Positions 18,516 to 29,323 of a stretch of DNA of 64,000 bases are shown here, in pieces (within the stretch, counting starts at the first letter, position 1; every line of letters starts with the position of its first letter). The stretch comes from Methanoregula sp. (GTDB lineage Archaea; Halobacteriota; Methanomicrobia; Methanomicrobiales; Methanospirillaceae), in the NCBI GenBank assembly GCA_039698055.1, contig JBDKTL010000024.1:59733-123732 (forward strand). Direction: 5' to 3'. A program made the translations under genes and the position numbers. The notes beneath the pieces were generated by a model. That model saw nothing but the letters and a program-made list of their open reading frames with translations. It ran no database searches and was not told where the DNA came from.

Positions 18516-21500
18516 ATGCTCTCAGTTCTCTACGTAGATGATGAAGAAGCACTGCTGGATATCACCAAAATATTTCTTGAGAGTAGCGGAGAATTGAAAA
18601 TTGATACGTGTTCAAACCCAAAGGACGCCCTTTATATGCTGGGTACCCGCACATACGATGTTATTGTCTCAGATTACGAGATGCCGGAACTCAACGGTAT
18701 CGAACTGTTAAAAACCATCAAATCCCAGAATATTGATACACCCGTCATAATATTTACCGGGCGGGGCAGGGAAATTGTCGCCATTGATGCACTGAACAAC
18801 GGTGCGGCGTTCTACCTCCAGAAAGGAGGAGATCCCAAAGCACAATTCGCCGAACTTAAAAATATTATCCAGCGTGCAGCCGAACACAAGCAGGTTGAGC
18901 GAAAGCTCAAGCTTACACAGTTCTCGGTAGACCGGGCCTACGATGAAGTATTCTGGATCGACCCAAAAGGAAACTTTCTCTTTGTCAACGATGCCGCATG
19001 CCAATCAAAAGGATATACGCAAGCAGAACTACTTTCAAAGACGATCTTTGATATCAATCCCGGCTACACGCCATTATCATGGACTGAAAGGTTCGGGGAA
19101 AACAAGATTAAAGGATCGTTAACCTACGAATCAACCCACAAACGAAAAGACGGATCCATTTTTCCAGTAGAAATTACCAGCAACTATCTTACGTTTGAAG
19201 GAAAGGAATATTTTTTCGCATTTGCCCGGGATATAAGCGAGCGAAAACAAAACGAGATGGAACTCCGGGCTTCAAACGAGCAGATGGCTGCAATGCTCGA
19301 GCAGATCCAGGCATCGGATGAATCGATTGCACACCAGTTCACGGAACTGGAGCACCAGAAAAAGACGCTGTTTGAAAGTGAGAGCCGGTACCGGGAGATC
19401 TTTGACAATGCACCACTTGGCATATTCAACTCTACGCCTGAAGGCAAGATCCTCCGGGTTAACCAGGAATTCGCCCGCATACTCGGGTACGATTCTCCAG
19501 AGGAAATTACCGAAGTTGTCAACCGCAGTACAGTTCATGAAGTACTCTATGAAAACCCATCCCGGCGGGCAGAGTATGTCCGGGATGTAACGAGTTCGGG
19601 GAAATGGCAGCATTTCGAAAACCGGTACCGGAAAAAAGATGGCACAATCGTTACCGCCCGGCTGATATTCCGGTCATTTATCAATGCAAAGACCGGGTGC
19701 CGGGAACTGGAGGGATTCTTAGAGGATATTTCAGCCCAGCGGAGAGTGCTGGACACCCTTGAGAAAAACGAGGACCGGTTCAGGACGCTGTTTGAAAAAG
19801 TCCCGCTGGGCTACCAGTCACTGGATGCTGAAGGTAAGTTCATCGAAGTAAATAAAACATGGCTTGAGACGATGGGATACTCTCGCGAAGAGATTATCGG
19901 ACACTGGTTTAGCGAATTCCTCGCCCCGGATTACTTGGAAAAGTTCCGTTCCAATTTCCCGAAGTTCAAGACAGCAGGCGAGACGACCGTCGAATTTGAT
20001 ATGATAAAAAAAGATGGTTCCCGGATAGTAGTTGCATTTGAAGGGAAGTGTGGCTATGATCAGAAAGGGAACTTCACACAGACTCACTGCATCCTGCAGG
20101 ATATCACCGAACGCAAACGGGTATTTGACCAGCTCAAAGAGAGTGAAGAACTCTTCCGAGAAGTCTTCAACAATGCCAACGATGCGATATTCCTCCAGGA
20201 ACTTAATAGCGATTACTCACCGGGCATCTACTGGAAGGTCAACGACGTCGCATGCAGGCAACTGGGATATACACGGGATGAACTCCTTGCTCTTTCACTA
20301 CCGGATATTGTTCCCCATACATTTCTGGAAAAAAATATGCCGGATATTACTAAGCAGTTGCGGGAAAAAGACATCGCGACATTCGAGACTGTCCTGAAAA
20401 AAAAGGACGGTACGAAATTCCCTGTTGAAGTCAGTACACATATTTTCAAGCTGAAGGATCGGGCGGTCGTACTGTCTACCGCCCGCGATATTTCAGATCT
20501 CCGGAGAAGTGTTGAAGATTTGCAGGATCATGAAAATCTTTTCCGCGAGGTATTCAATAATGCAAATGATGCGATTGTCCTGCACGAGATAGGCCGGGAC
20601 GGGATGCCAGGAAGGATACTGATGGTCAATGATATTGCCTGCACAAAAACCGGTTACAGTCGTGATGAACTTTTAAAGATGTCAGCAACCGATCTCGTGG
20701 TGCCAACATTGCTTCCCAAGATAGAAGCAATTGCAAAAGAGGCACACGAGAAGGGGCAGGCCCTCTTTAGGACAACTCATCAGGATAAGCAGGGCAATAC
20801 CGTCCCGGTTGAGCTGAACGTACATATCTTCATGCTCCAGGGAAAACCCGTCGGCCTGACCGTCGTGCGGAACATCTCGGAGCGGGATAAAGATGTCTCA
20901 CGGATCCATGAAGCGATGGCGAGGACGGAGACACTGGTACGGGTTGCCGCCCGCTTGAATGCCAGTCTGGATCCAGGGGAGGTGATGCGGGGTATCTGCG
21001 AAGAAACGGCAAAAACGCTCAATGCACCGGTCGTTTCACTATACTTGTATGATGAAAACCGGCAGGTCTTTGTGCCTACCGCAGATTATGGCATCCTGCC
21101 GGAATTCAGGAAATTCCAGCCGACAATCCCCCGCACATTTTACGAAAAAAATTTTTCTGACGGGAAGAGGGTGAGGGTGGTACCGGATGTCAGGCAGGTG
21201 CCTGACTCACCCGGGTTCGAGAGCGATCATTTGACAGATAACCGGACCGTTATCGCAGCCATTATCGAACGCAAAGGAGATCTGGTGGGAATGCTCACAG
21301 CCGTCACGTTCGGGAATATCAGGACATTTACGGATGCCGACCAGTCGCTCCTCAAAGGTCTTGCCGATGAAACTGCGCTCGCATTGACAAATGCCCGCCT
21401 GTTTGCTGAACAGAGAAACTCTGAAGATGCGGTTTTGAAAGCAAATAAAAAACTCAATATCCTTTCAAGCATCACCCGCCACGACATCCTCAACAAGCTC

Positions 21501-22085
21501 ACCGTCCTGCGGGCGTACATGGACCTGATGAAAGAACGGGTGACGGACCCAAAGACGTACATGTATATTCAGGCACAGGAGAAAGCCGCACAGGCAATTG
21601 CCCAGCAGATCGATTTTACCAAGACCTACCAGGATCTTGGCATCCACCAGCCGGAATGGCAGGATATCAATCAGGTTATCCGGAGGAGCAGGGAACAGCT
21701 TGATCCCAAAGGGATCCAGCTCGAGATTAAACTCAACGGTGTCAGTATCTTTGCCGACCCGCTTATCGAGAAAGTGTTCTACAACCTGATCGACAATTCG
21801 ATCCGGTACGGGGAGAAGATCACGCGTATTTCTCTCTCGTCCAAACAGGAGCCTGATGGATTTTCACTGATCTATGAAGATGACGGGATCGGTATTCCGG
21901 ATAAAGACAAGAAACGAATCTTTGAGCGGGGTGTCGGAAAAAATACCGGGTTGGGGTTATTCCTTGTCCGGGAAATTCTCTCAATTACGGGGATGACGAT
22001 TGACGAAACGGGAACATTCGGGAAAGGCGCCCGGTTCGAAATCCATGTGCCAGCATCAGATATCCGCATGCAGTCATACCCGTAA
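18516..22085 (+). CDS. Hybrid sensor histidine kinase (REC, about 5 PAS, GAF, HisKA, HATPase)
   Basis: VDDE/SDYEMP receiver, repeated PAS ends (ARDISER, LQDITER), ITRHDILN H-box, NLIDNSIRYG and GLGLF. Confidence 0.92.
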   Translation: MLSVLYVDDEEALLDITKIFLESSGELKIDTCSNPKDALYMLGTRTYDVIVSDYEMPELNGIELLKTIKSQNIDTPVIIFTGRGREIVAIDALNNGAAFYLQKGGDPKAQFAELKNIIQRAAEHKQVERKLKLTQFSVDRAYDEVFWIDPKGNFLFVNDAACQSKGYTQAELLSKTIFDINPGYTPLSWTERFGENKIKGSLTYESTHKRKDGSIFPVEITSNYLTFEGKEYFFAFARDISERKQNEMELRASNEQMAAMLEQIQASDESIAHQFTELEHQKKTLFESESRYREIFDNAPLGIFNSTPEGKILRVNQEFARILGYDSPEEITEVVNRSTVHEVLYENPSRRAEYVRDVTSSGKWQHFENRYRKKDGTIVTARLIFRSFINAKTGCRELEGFLEDISAQRRVLDTLEKNEDRFRTLFEKVPLGYQSLDAEGKFIEVNKTWLETMGYSREEIIGHWFSEFLAPDYLEKFRSNFPKFKTAGETTVEFDMIKKDGSRIVVAFEGKCGYDQKGNFTQTHCILQDITERKRVFDQLKESEELFREVFNNANDAIFLQELNSDYSPGIYWKVNDVACRQLGYTRDELLALSLPDIVPHTFLEKNMPDITKQLREKDIATFETVLKKKDGTKFPVEVSTHIFKLKDRAVVLSTARDISDLRRSVEDLQDHENLFREVFNNANDAIVLHEIGRDGMPGRILMVNDIACTKTGYSRDELLKMSATDLVVPTLLPKIEAIAKEAHEKGQALFRTTHQDKQGNTVPVELNVHIFMLQGKPVGLTVVRNISERDKDVSRIHEAMARTETLVRVAARLNASLDPGEVMRGICEETAKTLNAPVVSLYLYDENRQVFVPTADYGILPEFRKFQPTIPRTFYEKNFSDGKRVRVVPDVRQVPDSPGFESDHLTDNRTVIAAIIERKGDLVGMLTAVTFGNIRTFTDADQSLLKGLADETALALTNARLFAEQRNSEDAVLKANKKLNILSSITRHDILNKLTVLRAYMDLMKERVTDPKTYMYIQAQEKAAQAIAQQIDFTKTYQDLGIHQPEWQDINQVIRRSREQLDPKGIQLEIKLNGVSIFADPLIEKVFYNLIDNSIRYGEKITRISLSSKQEPDGFSLIYEDDGIGIPDKDKKRIFERGVGKNTGLGLFLVREILSITGMTIDETGTFGKGARFEIHVPASDIRMQSYP

Positions 22086-22151
22086 CGATGATGAATGGGA
22101 GAGATTCTTTCTCGCAGGGCCAATAGGAAGGTACAATAAAGGAGATAGGAC

Positions 22152-22925
22152 ATGGACAAACGGGATTATTTTCCAGGTGACGATGTCACTATTATCAACG
22201 AGGACATTTTCACAACAAAAAAGATTCCGGCGCGAAGTATCGACCTGATCGTCACCTCGCCTCCCTACAACGTGGATATCAAATACCATTCGCACGATGA
22301 CCATCTGACGTACGAAGAATACCTTGACTTCTCGCACCGCTGGATGAAACGCTGTTTTAGCTGGCTGAAAGATGACGGACGGTTCTGCCTGAATATTCCC
22401 CTTGACAAAAACAAAGGCGGCCAGCAGAGCGTCGGTGCCGATCTCACGACCATCGCAAAAAAGATTGGGTTCTCGTATCATTCGACCATTATCTGGAACG
22501 AGGGAAATATCTCGCGCCGCACGGCATGGGGTTCGTGGGCGAGCGCTTCAGCGCCGTACGTCATTGCTCCGGTGGAGCTGATTGTTGTCCTGTACAAAAA
22601 ATCGTGGAAAAAAACCAGCGGTTCACGTACATCAGATATTACCCGCGATGAGTTTTTGACATGGACAAACGGCCTGTGGACGTTTAACGGCGAGAGAAAA
22701 AAGAAGATCGGGCATCCCGCACCGTTCCCGGTGGAACTGCCCCTCCGGTGCATGAAATTGTTTTCGTTTGTTGACGACACGGTGCTCGACCCGTTCACGG
22801 GAAGCGGCTCGACGCTTGTCGCGGCATCACGATGCAGCCGTAAAGGAGTCGGTATCGAGATTGACCCGCACTACTGCACAATCGCGGCACAGCGAGTTGA
22901 CGACGAACGGAAATCCAGCAGGTAA
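22152..22925 (+). CDS. Orphan beta-class DNA methyltransferase (SPPY, probably m4C)
   Basis: IVTSPPY, HPAPFP and VLDPFTGSGST motifs. Confidence 0.9.
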   Translation: MDKRDYFPGDDVTIINEDIFTTKKIPARSIDLIVTSPPYNVDIKYHSHDDHLTYEEYLDFSHRWMKRCFSWLKDDGRFCLNIPLDKNKGGQQSVGADLTTIAKKIGFSYHSTIIWNEGNISRRTAWGSWASASAPYVIAPVELIVVLYKKSWKKTSGSRTSDITRDEFLTWTNGLWTFNGERKKKIGHPAPFPVELPLRCMKLFSFVDDTVLDPFTGSGSTLVAASRCSRKGVGIEIDPHYCTIAAQRVDDERKSSR

Positions 22926-23078
22926 CGATTGGATTCCTGCCATTCACAAACCCGTCACCAGTTCCCTATCTATCCGTCATCAACACCAAAAAGATCCGGG
23001 ATCTTTCTCACAGACTCACCTCAAACCCCGCGTTGAGCGGAAGCTATTGTGGACGAAGGAAAAAGGAGAGTTCATATA

Positions 23079-24026
23079 ATGCAAGAGGCGAAAGTTCATG
23101 AAAGGATTCGTATGGTCAGGACTGCCGAAGTGTACATTGTGAATGCATCGGACCGGACTAAGGCAGTCCGCCGGATCTTCCGTGAATGTATCTCTTCAAG
23201 ATTCCAGGGTGCAACGGTCGCACTCAAAGCAAACTACAATAGCGCCGATCCATTTCCTGCATCAACCCATATTGATACCCTCAGGGCCCTTACTGCAATC
23301 ATCCTTAAGGAAAAACCCAAGCACCTGACGCTTGCCGAGCGAAGCGGGATGGGTAGCACAAAAAATGTTCTGCGTGACTGCGGGGTTACTGCACTGGGTG
23401 AAAAACTTGGGTTCGATGTGGTCAATCTCGACACGATACTGGCAGGAGAGTGGACGGCGATCAATGAACCCGGCCTTCACTGGCGGCAGGGGTTTGCAAT
23501 TGCCAACATATTCGCACAGGCCGACATGGTGATACAGACATGCTGCCTGAAAACCCACCGGTTCGGGGGCGTGTTTACGGGTGCACTCAAAAACTCCGTG
23601 GGTCTTATCGCACGCCGGGTTCCGGGTGATCCGTACGATTACATGTCCGAACTGCACCAGTCGCCCCGCCAGCGATCGATGATCGCCGAGATCAATAAAT
23701 ATTACCGTACCGATCTTGTCGTGATGGATGCGGCACAGGTATTCCTTTCCGGAGGACCGGATAAAGGGGAGACTGGTGTTCCCAATGTCATCCTTGCAGG
23801 CAGGGACCGGATCGCCATCGATGCAGCAGGTGTCGCACTCCTCCGTTCGTATGGCTCGACTCCCGAAGTGATGCATGGTTCAATTTTTGCACAAGAGCAG
23901 ATTGCCCGGGCGGCAGAACTGGGAGTCGGAGTCGAATCCGTTGCCGGTATACGGCTTGTACCGCTTGATGAACACAGCGTCGATGTAGCAGCCTGGATTC
24001 AAAAAAGGTTCGCGCTTGAAGGCTGA
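23079..24026 (+). CDS. DUF362-family protein
   Basis: VALKANYN, LKTHRFG, LKNSVG and DRIAIDA motifs. The start is uncertain. Confidence 0.75.
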   Translation: MQEAKVHERIRMVRTAEVYIVNASDRTKAVRRIFRECISSRFQGATVALKANYNSADPFPASTHIDTLRALTAIILKEKPKHLTLAERSGMGSTKNVLRDCGVTALGEKLGFDVVNLDTILAGEWTAINEPGLHWRQGFAIANIFAQADMVIQTCCLKTHRFGGVFTGALKNSVGLIARRVPGDPYDYMSELHQSPRQRSMIAEINKYYRTDLVVMDAAQVFLSGGPDKGETGVPNVILAGRDRIAIDAAGVALLRSYGSTPEVMHGSIFAQEQIARAAELGVGVESVAGIRLVPLDEHSVDVAAWIQKRFALEG

Positions 24027-24097
24027 TACACTTAATAAGCGGACCAGATAAATCATATTTTTTTTCAGCCGGGAACTATTCACCGATTTTATTCTTA

Positions 24098-24274
24098 TCA
24101 GTCAAAATATTCTTTCGGTTCATGAAGGAAACTATTATCGTCTGCGTCCTCCGCTGAAAAAATGAATTGTGGAGAAGAGTCCGACGCTGGCAGTCCATGT
24201 CGTAGTGTTTGCAAGGTAATGTTGAACAAATGAGGAATACCGGGTATTTCGGCACGATAATCGTTTTTCACCAT
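24098..24274 (-). CDS. Possible small acidic hypothetical protein
   Basis: A 58-aa ORF from ATG 24274 fills the gap; no motif. Confidence 0.25.
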   Translation of the reverse strand: MVKNDYRAEIPGIPHLFNITLQTLRHGLPASDSSPQFIFSAEDADDNSFLHEPKEYFD

Positions 24275-24333
24275 GTTTCTGCACGCGTTCCCGACAGGAA
24301 AGGCTGTATACCCATCTCTCAAATATGTAAGAC

Positions 24334-24558
24334 ATGCAATACACAATCGTCCTCGATCCTGACGGCTGCGGCGGATTTACGGCCCGGTGCGTTGAGATTC
24401 CGGGGACCGTTTGCCTTGGTGCGAACAAAGGTGAAGCGCTTGCCCGGCTACGAGACGCAATCAAACAGGTGCAGAAGGCCCGGTATGAGGAACTGCAATG
24501 GATGATCCAGTCTGTCACATCAGAGATTATCAAAATCGATGTGGCCGACACCGCGTAA
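24334..24558 (+). CDS. HicB-family antitoxin-like protein (no HicA adjacent)
   Basis: YTIVL..DGCGGFTARCVEIPGTVCLGANKGEALARLRDAI is the HicB fold pattern. Confidence 0.75.
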   Translation: MQYTIVLDPDGCGGFTARCVEIPGTVCLGANKGEALARLRDAIKQVQKARYEELQWMIQSVTSEIIKIDVADTA

Positions 24559-24598
24559 CGTCCGGTTCGTACAAAAGAGGGGAATTTCCCAAAAAAAT

Positions 24599-25039
24599 TT
24601 ACAAAATTTTTTCTAATATATCGCCAGCGTCATGCACGAACTGAGCGCATTTTGTGTGGAATACTTTATGTTCCTTTGCCTCTGTGAGGGCTTCCGGATC
24701 CGATAGGTCATACCCAACCAGTTCTGTGCAGTTCACGGAATGGTTGCGGCGTAAAAATTCAGTTATGAATCTGTTAGACAGATCATAGGTTTTCTCTCTT
24801 GCCGCAAGATCTCCAAGCGATGTGCGCCCATATTTCATGCCAATCACCATGAGAGCACCGGTTACCGCGCCGCAGGTATTGCCCGTGTGTGCCATCCCAC
24901 CACCTAAACCGCAGGAAAGTTTCAGCGCCGTCTCCTGATTAATACCAAAGTCATCGGAAAACGCACAACAGACTGCCTGGGAACAGGAAAAGCCGCTCTT
25001 GAATATCGCGGCTGCATCGTCAGCCCGTGTCAGGGTCAT
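24599..25039 (-). CDS. C_GCAxxG_C_C family redox protein
   Basis: CSQAV, GGG...TCGAVTG, NCTEL and KCAQFV motifs. Confidence 0.85.
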   Translation of the reverse strand: MTLTRADDAAAIFKSGFSCSQAVCCAFSDDFGINQETALKLSCGLGGGMAHTGNTCGAVTGALMVIGMKYGRTSLGDLAAREKTYDLSNRFITEFLRRNHSVNCTELVGYDLSDPEALTEAKEHKVFHTKCAQFVHDAGDILEKIL

Positions 25040-25166
25040 ACAGGTACAATCACTGTTTGTTTTGATAGGATTTCTGGTCGGAGTGCGGAATATATCTATT
25101 TCTTTTCCCGGCACCAACCACACTAGTACCCAATCGCCACCTTTGACAACTATCCGGAGAATAGGT

Positions 25167-26348
25167 ATGCCATTTCATTTCGCTGACCGTATTGCACACG
25201 CACCATCATCATTTCTTGAAGAACTCTTCCGGGTTTCCTCGGATCCTTCCATCATATCCTTTGCCGGGGGGCTTCCCTCTTCCGCACTGATCGATGTGGA
25301 AGGCATCGCGGAAGCTGGACGGCAGGTAATGGAAGACGACGGAAGAACCGCGCTCCAGTATTCAACGACCGAGGGGTACCTGCCGTTACGGGAATATATT
25401 GCCCGGAGGTATCGGACCCGCCTTGGGATTCCTGCCAGCGCAGACGAGATCCAGATTGTCAACGGCTCGCAACAGAGTCTCGATCTATTCGGGAAGATTT
25501 TCCTGAATCGTGGTGATCATCTCGGTATGGAGCGCCCGGGATACCTTGGGGCAATCGAAGCGTTCTTGCTCTACGAGCCGGTGATCCACACCGTCCCGAT
25601 CGATGAGAAAGGTCTTATCCCGGACGCGTTTGAACAGCTGATCACGACCCGCCCCGTGAAATTCTTTTACGGGATCCCCAACAGCCAGAACCCATCAGGC
25701 TGTACGTATTCAGATGAGCGCAGGAAGGAGATAGCCGGGATTCTTGCCGGCACGGATACGGTTTTTTATGAAGACGACGCGTTTGGGGAGCTGTTCTTTG
25801 ACGGTAAACCCCGGCTGCCCGTGAAAAAGTACCTGCCGGAACAATCGGTGATCTCCGGATCGTTTTCCAAGATTACCGCACCGGGTATGCGCATCGGGTG
25901 GCTCTACGCGCCGCCGAAGATCCTCCGCACATTTAATATCGCAAAGCAGGCAGCAGACCTGCATTCCAATTTCCTCTGCCAGATGATCCTGCACCGGTAC
26001 CTGACCACGCACCACTTGGATACACATATCAAAAAAATCGTATCAGTGTATGGTCGGAGGTGCAGGTTGATGTGCGATATGCTCGACGATCTCCTCCCCA
26101 CCCTCACCCACACAACACCGGAAGGTGGCATGTTCATGATGGCAACGCTCCCTGTGGGTGTCTCTTCACGGGCAGTCTTTGATAACGGCATACAGGAAAA
26201 AGTCGCCGTACTGCCGGGCATGCCCTTTTACATCGACGGTGGCGGGATAGATACGATCCGACTCAATTTCTCAAACCCAGATGATGAGAAGATAAAGACC
26301 GGAATTGAGCGTCTCGCCCGGGTGATTGATCGGCTTATCGGTTCTTAA
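25167..26348 (+). CDS. PLP-dependent class I aminotransferase (Aro8/LysN-like)
   Basis: ISFAGGLP, QNPSG and GSFSKITAPGMRIGW motifs; ATG at 25167. Confidence 0.88.
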   Translation: MPFHFADRIAHAPSSFLEELFRVSSDPSIISFAGGLPSSALIDVEGIAEAGRQVMEDDGRTALQYSTTEGYLPLREYIARRYRTRLGIPASADEIQIVNGSQQSLDLFGKIFLNRGDHLGMERPGYLGAIEAFLLYEPVIHTVPIDEKGLIPDAFEQLITTRPVKFFYGIPNSQNPSGCTYSDERRKEIAGILAGTDTVFYEDDAFGELFFDGKPRLPVKKYLPEQSVISGSFSKITAPGMRIGWLYAPPKILRTFNIAKQAADLHSNFLCQMILHRYLTTHHLDTHIKKIVSVYGRRCRLMCDMLDDLLPTLTHTTPEGGMFMMATLPVGVSSRAVFDNGIQEKVAVLPGMPFYIDGGGIDTIRLNFSNPDDEKIKTGIERLARVIDRLIGS

Positions 26349-26438
26349 AAAAATTGGAACGCTTCAAAAAGACAGCTCCGGGAAAAACAGGTTGGTATAA
26401 ATAGCGTTATTCCCGACTTTAGAGGGAAGGAAAAGAGC

Positions 26439-27953
26439 ATGAAAACAAAACTTTTAAGCCTGCTCATTGCCCTGGCGCTGTGCGCACCATGCGTGGTCAC
26501 CATAACAATGGCAGCGGGTGACATTCCGGATACGCTGGAACCGATTATAATCCCGGTCACCGCACCGCCCACTGAAACCCCGACAATCGAGCCAACATTA
26601 AAATCTACGACTGAACCGGTAACTACCATCAAGACACTGTTACCGACAATAAAACCAACCGAGACCGTTACCATCGAGCCCACGGTTGTCGGCGGCGGGA
26701 AAGGCTGGATCGATACCTACGGGAACGTCGATGGCGCACTGGTCTATTTTGACGGGAAACCAGAGGGAGCAATTGTCGGGGGGATTCTCTCGGTCGCAGT
26801 TGCTGTATCGGGAACACCCGTAAGAACCATTTCAGTTTCAAAGTCCGGCTACTCGAGATGGTCCGGCTCGCTTCCGCACATGCCTGCCGATGGAGAACAT
26901 GTAGCCGTCTATGCGACGATCAATCCCATCTCTACCCCAACACCCATCCCACCCATCCAGAACGGCGCGATCTATGCCCACTCGTTGCCAAACGGTGCAG
27001 CGATCTACATGAACGGTCAATTTTACGGGAATTCCCCGGTCACCATCCCGAACATCCCGGCCGGAACCTATTCGATGAAAGCAACCCTGAACGGATACAC
27101 TCCGGACACCCGGATGATCATGGTCTATGCCGGGCAGACTGCGTTTTATTCCCCAACACTCCAACAATCGCCCCAGCCGCCACGGAATACCGGTACGGTC
27201 TACACAACCTCAAACCCGGACCATGCATCGGTTTATGTGGACGGGAACTATAATGGGAAAACACCGATGACCCTCACGCTCTATCCCGGCAGCCATTCGT
27301 TTGTTCTCAAATTATCTGGTTATAGTGATTATTCCACGAACATGTGGGTGAATGCCGGACAGGCACAGAACCTGCCGGTACCGATGACGCCGGCAATCTA
27401 TGGTTCCGTTCTTATCACCTCCCTGCCGGGCGCAAACGTGTACATGGACAGTGCATTGCTCGGAAACGTCGGCCCGGGCGGCAGCTATACGATCGCAAGC
27501 GTGACATCCGGAAACCATCTCTTCAAAGTAACGGCATCCGGGTATAACGAATGGATGAGTACCGTGTATATCCAGCCCAATTACCAGACAACCATCACTG
27601 CGACGCTGACACCCATCGGGATTAATCCGACGCCGGTCCCGGCAACGGGCGGGATCGATATCGCATCGGCACCATCAGGAGCTGAGACGTATGTCGATAA
27701 CCTTTACCGTGGATACACCCCGGCGACCCTTACAGGTATTACCCCGGGCGAGCACGCGGTGCTGCTGAAATATACCGGGTATATTGATTATTCGACAACG
27801 ACAACGGTGAATGCCGGACAGACGATACCGCTTGCGATCACAATGACCGCAGCACCGGTACCCACACCGAAATCTGCACTGTCACCGCTGGTTTTGATCG
27901 GGGGCCTTGTGGCAATATTTGGGATTGGAGCAGCATTAAGGAGGCGAACATAA
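26439..27953 (+). CDS. PEGA-domain cell-surface protein with signal peptide and C-terminal TM + basic anchor
   Basis: Signal peptide, Pro/Thr linkers, repeated SxPxGAxVYxDGxYxGxTP units, and TPKSALSPL-TM-RRRT. Confidence 0.85.
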   Translation: MKTKLLSLLIALALCAPCVVTITMAAGDIPDTLEPIIIPVTAPPTETPTIEPTLKSTTEPVTTIKTLLPTIKPTETVTIEPTVVGGGKGWIDTYGNVDGALVYFDGKPEGAIVGGILSVAVAVSGTPVRTISVSKSGYSRWSGSLPHMPADGEHVAVYATINPISTPTPIPPIQNGAIYAHSLPNGAAIYMNGQFYGNSPVTIPNIPAGTYSMKATLNGYTPDTRMIMVYAGQTAFYSPTLQQSPQPPRNTGTVYTTSNPDHASVYVDGNYNGKTPMTLTLYPGSHSFVLKLSGYSDYSTNMWVNAGQAQNLPVPMTPAIYGSVLITSLPGANVYMDSALLGNVGPGGSYTIASVTSGNHLFKVTASGYNEWMSTVYIQPNYQTTITATLTPIGINPTPVPATGGIDIASAPSGAETYVDNLYRGYTPATLTGITPGEHAVLLKYTGYIDYSTTTTVNAGQTIPLAITMTAAPVPTPKSALSPLVLIGGLVAIFGIGAALRRRT

Positions 27954-27956
27954 ATC

Positions 27957-28631
27957 ATGGTAGGTTCCTGTTCATTATTCACAAAAACATGGGTACGCGC
28001 GGTTGTCGTTGTTATTGTCATCGCGTTACTCACCTCATTTGCCTATACGAGTTCAAATACTGCATTACAGAAAACGGCTCAATGGGGGATTGAATCCACG
28101 GCCGGTGTCATGGCAACGCAGATCAACGCAAGCGAGATCCAAGGCTTTAAACCGGGCGATGAGATGTCACCGGAGTATCTTGCTGTCGCGTCAAAACTCC
28201 AGTCGATGCGGAGCATGAACGACAAGATCCTCAATGCATATATCCTGAAGGTGAATCCGGACCGGACGGTGACATTTGTTGTCGATGATCTCTACCCGGT
28301 TGATCAGCAGGGTTCTGCAAAGATTGGCGAAGTGTCCACAGCACCTGACAAAATGGATATCCTTGCGGCATTGTCAGGACCGACAGCAACAAAAGAGCCA
28401 TACACCACAAAATATGGATCGTTCATGACGGCTTATGCTCCGATCGATGATTCATCATCCGATTCCCGGGGCAACACCTATGCCGTGCTCGCCATCGATG
28501 TATCCGCAAAAGATTACATGGATTCCACAAATCAGGGCGGATGGATCATCGTCACCGGGATTGTATCAATGTTCCTTGCGGGCGGTGCAATTCTTGTACC
28601 TGGCCGAAAGGCAGAGGTGAAGAAAGAATAG
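27957..28631 (+). CDS. Membrane protein with extracytoplasmic Cache/PDC-like domain, no output domain
   Basis: Two TM segments flank PYTTKYGSFMTAYAPI...AVLAIDV. Confidence 0.65.
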   Translation: MVGSCSLFTKTWVRAVVVVIVIALLTSFAYTSSNTALQKTAQWGIESTAGVMATQINASEIQGFKPGDEMSPEYLAVASKLQSMRSMNDKILNAYILKVNPDRTVTFVVDDLYPVDQQGSAKIGEVSTAPDKMDILAALSGPTATKEPYTTKYGSFMTAYAPIDDSSSDSRGNTYAVLAIDVSAKDYMDSTNQGGWIIVTGIVSMFLAGGAILVPGRKAEVKKE

Positions 28632-28699
28632 ATCCAACACGGCGATTAGAAAAAAATTCTAGAAAATTCTTTTTTTATTAGAGTGACCAATTCTTATAG

Positions 28700-29323
28700 A
28701 TGACTGCACTACGTGTTTTGCTTGCAGCAGGATGCATCATAATCGCACTTCTGATGTGCGCCGGGTGCACGCAATCTGCTAAAGATGCCACAGCCGCAAC
28801 ACCGGTTGTAACGGCAACGGCAGGGACGACGAGGACGGCCGTAACTTCACCGGGTATTATCGCCGCTCAGAAACTTGTGCTGCTCGAAACAAACATGGGC
28901 ACTATCACGATCGCGCTTGATCCGGACATGCCTGTAACTGCCGGTAACTTCGAATCGCTGGTGAAGAGAGGTTACTACGATGGTGTGACTTTCCACCGGG
29001 TGGTGGACGGTTTCATGATCCAGAGTGGCGACCCGACGGGTACCGGGCGCGGTGGACCGGGCTATACGATCAAAGACGAATTCACACCAACAAATGCTAA
29101 CAACCGGGGAACAGTCGCGATGGCAAATATCGGTGTGCCAGATACCGGAGGATCGCAGTTCTTCATCAATCTCGTAAACAATAATTACCTCGATACCAAA
29201 CACCCGGTGTTCGGAAAAGTCGTTGAGGGAATGGATGTTGTTGATGCGATAGGAAAAGTTGCGACCGATGCGAATTACCGCCCGCTCCAGAATGTGACGA
29301 TTGTTCGCGCTGTGATGGTTTGA
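28700..29323 (+). CDS. Cyclophilin-type PPIase, predicted lipoprotein
   Basis: Lipobox MCAGC, Thr/Ala linker, FHRVVDGFMIQSGDPTGTG and GSQFFIN. Confidence 0.9.
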   Translation: MTALRVLLAAGCIIIALLMCAGCTQSAKDATAATPVVTATAGTTRTAVTSPGIIAAQKLVLLETNMGTITIALDPDMPVTAGNFESLVKRGYYDGVTFHRVVDGFMIQSGDPTGTGRGGPGYTIKDEFTPTNANNRGTVAMANIGVPDTGGSQFFINLVNNNYLDTKHPVFGKVVEGMDVVDAIGKVATDANYRPLQNVTIVRAVMV

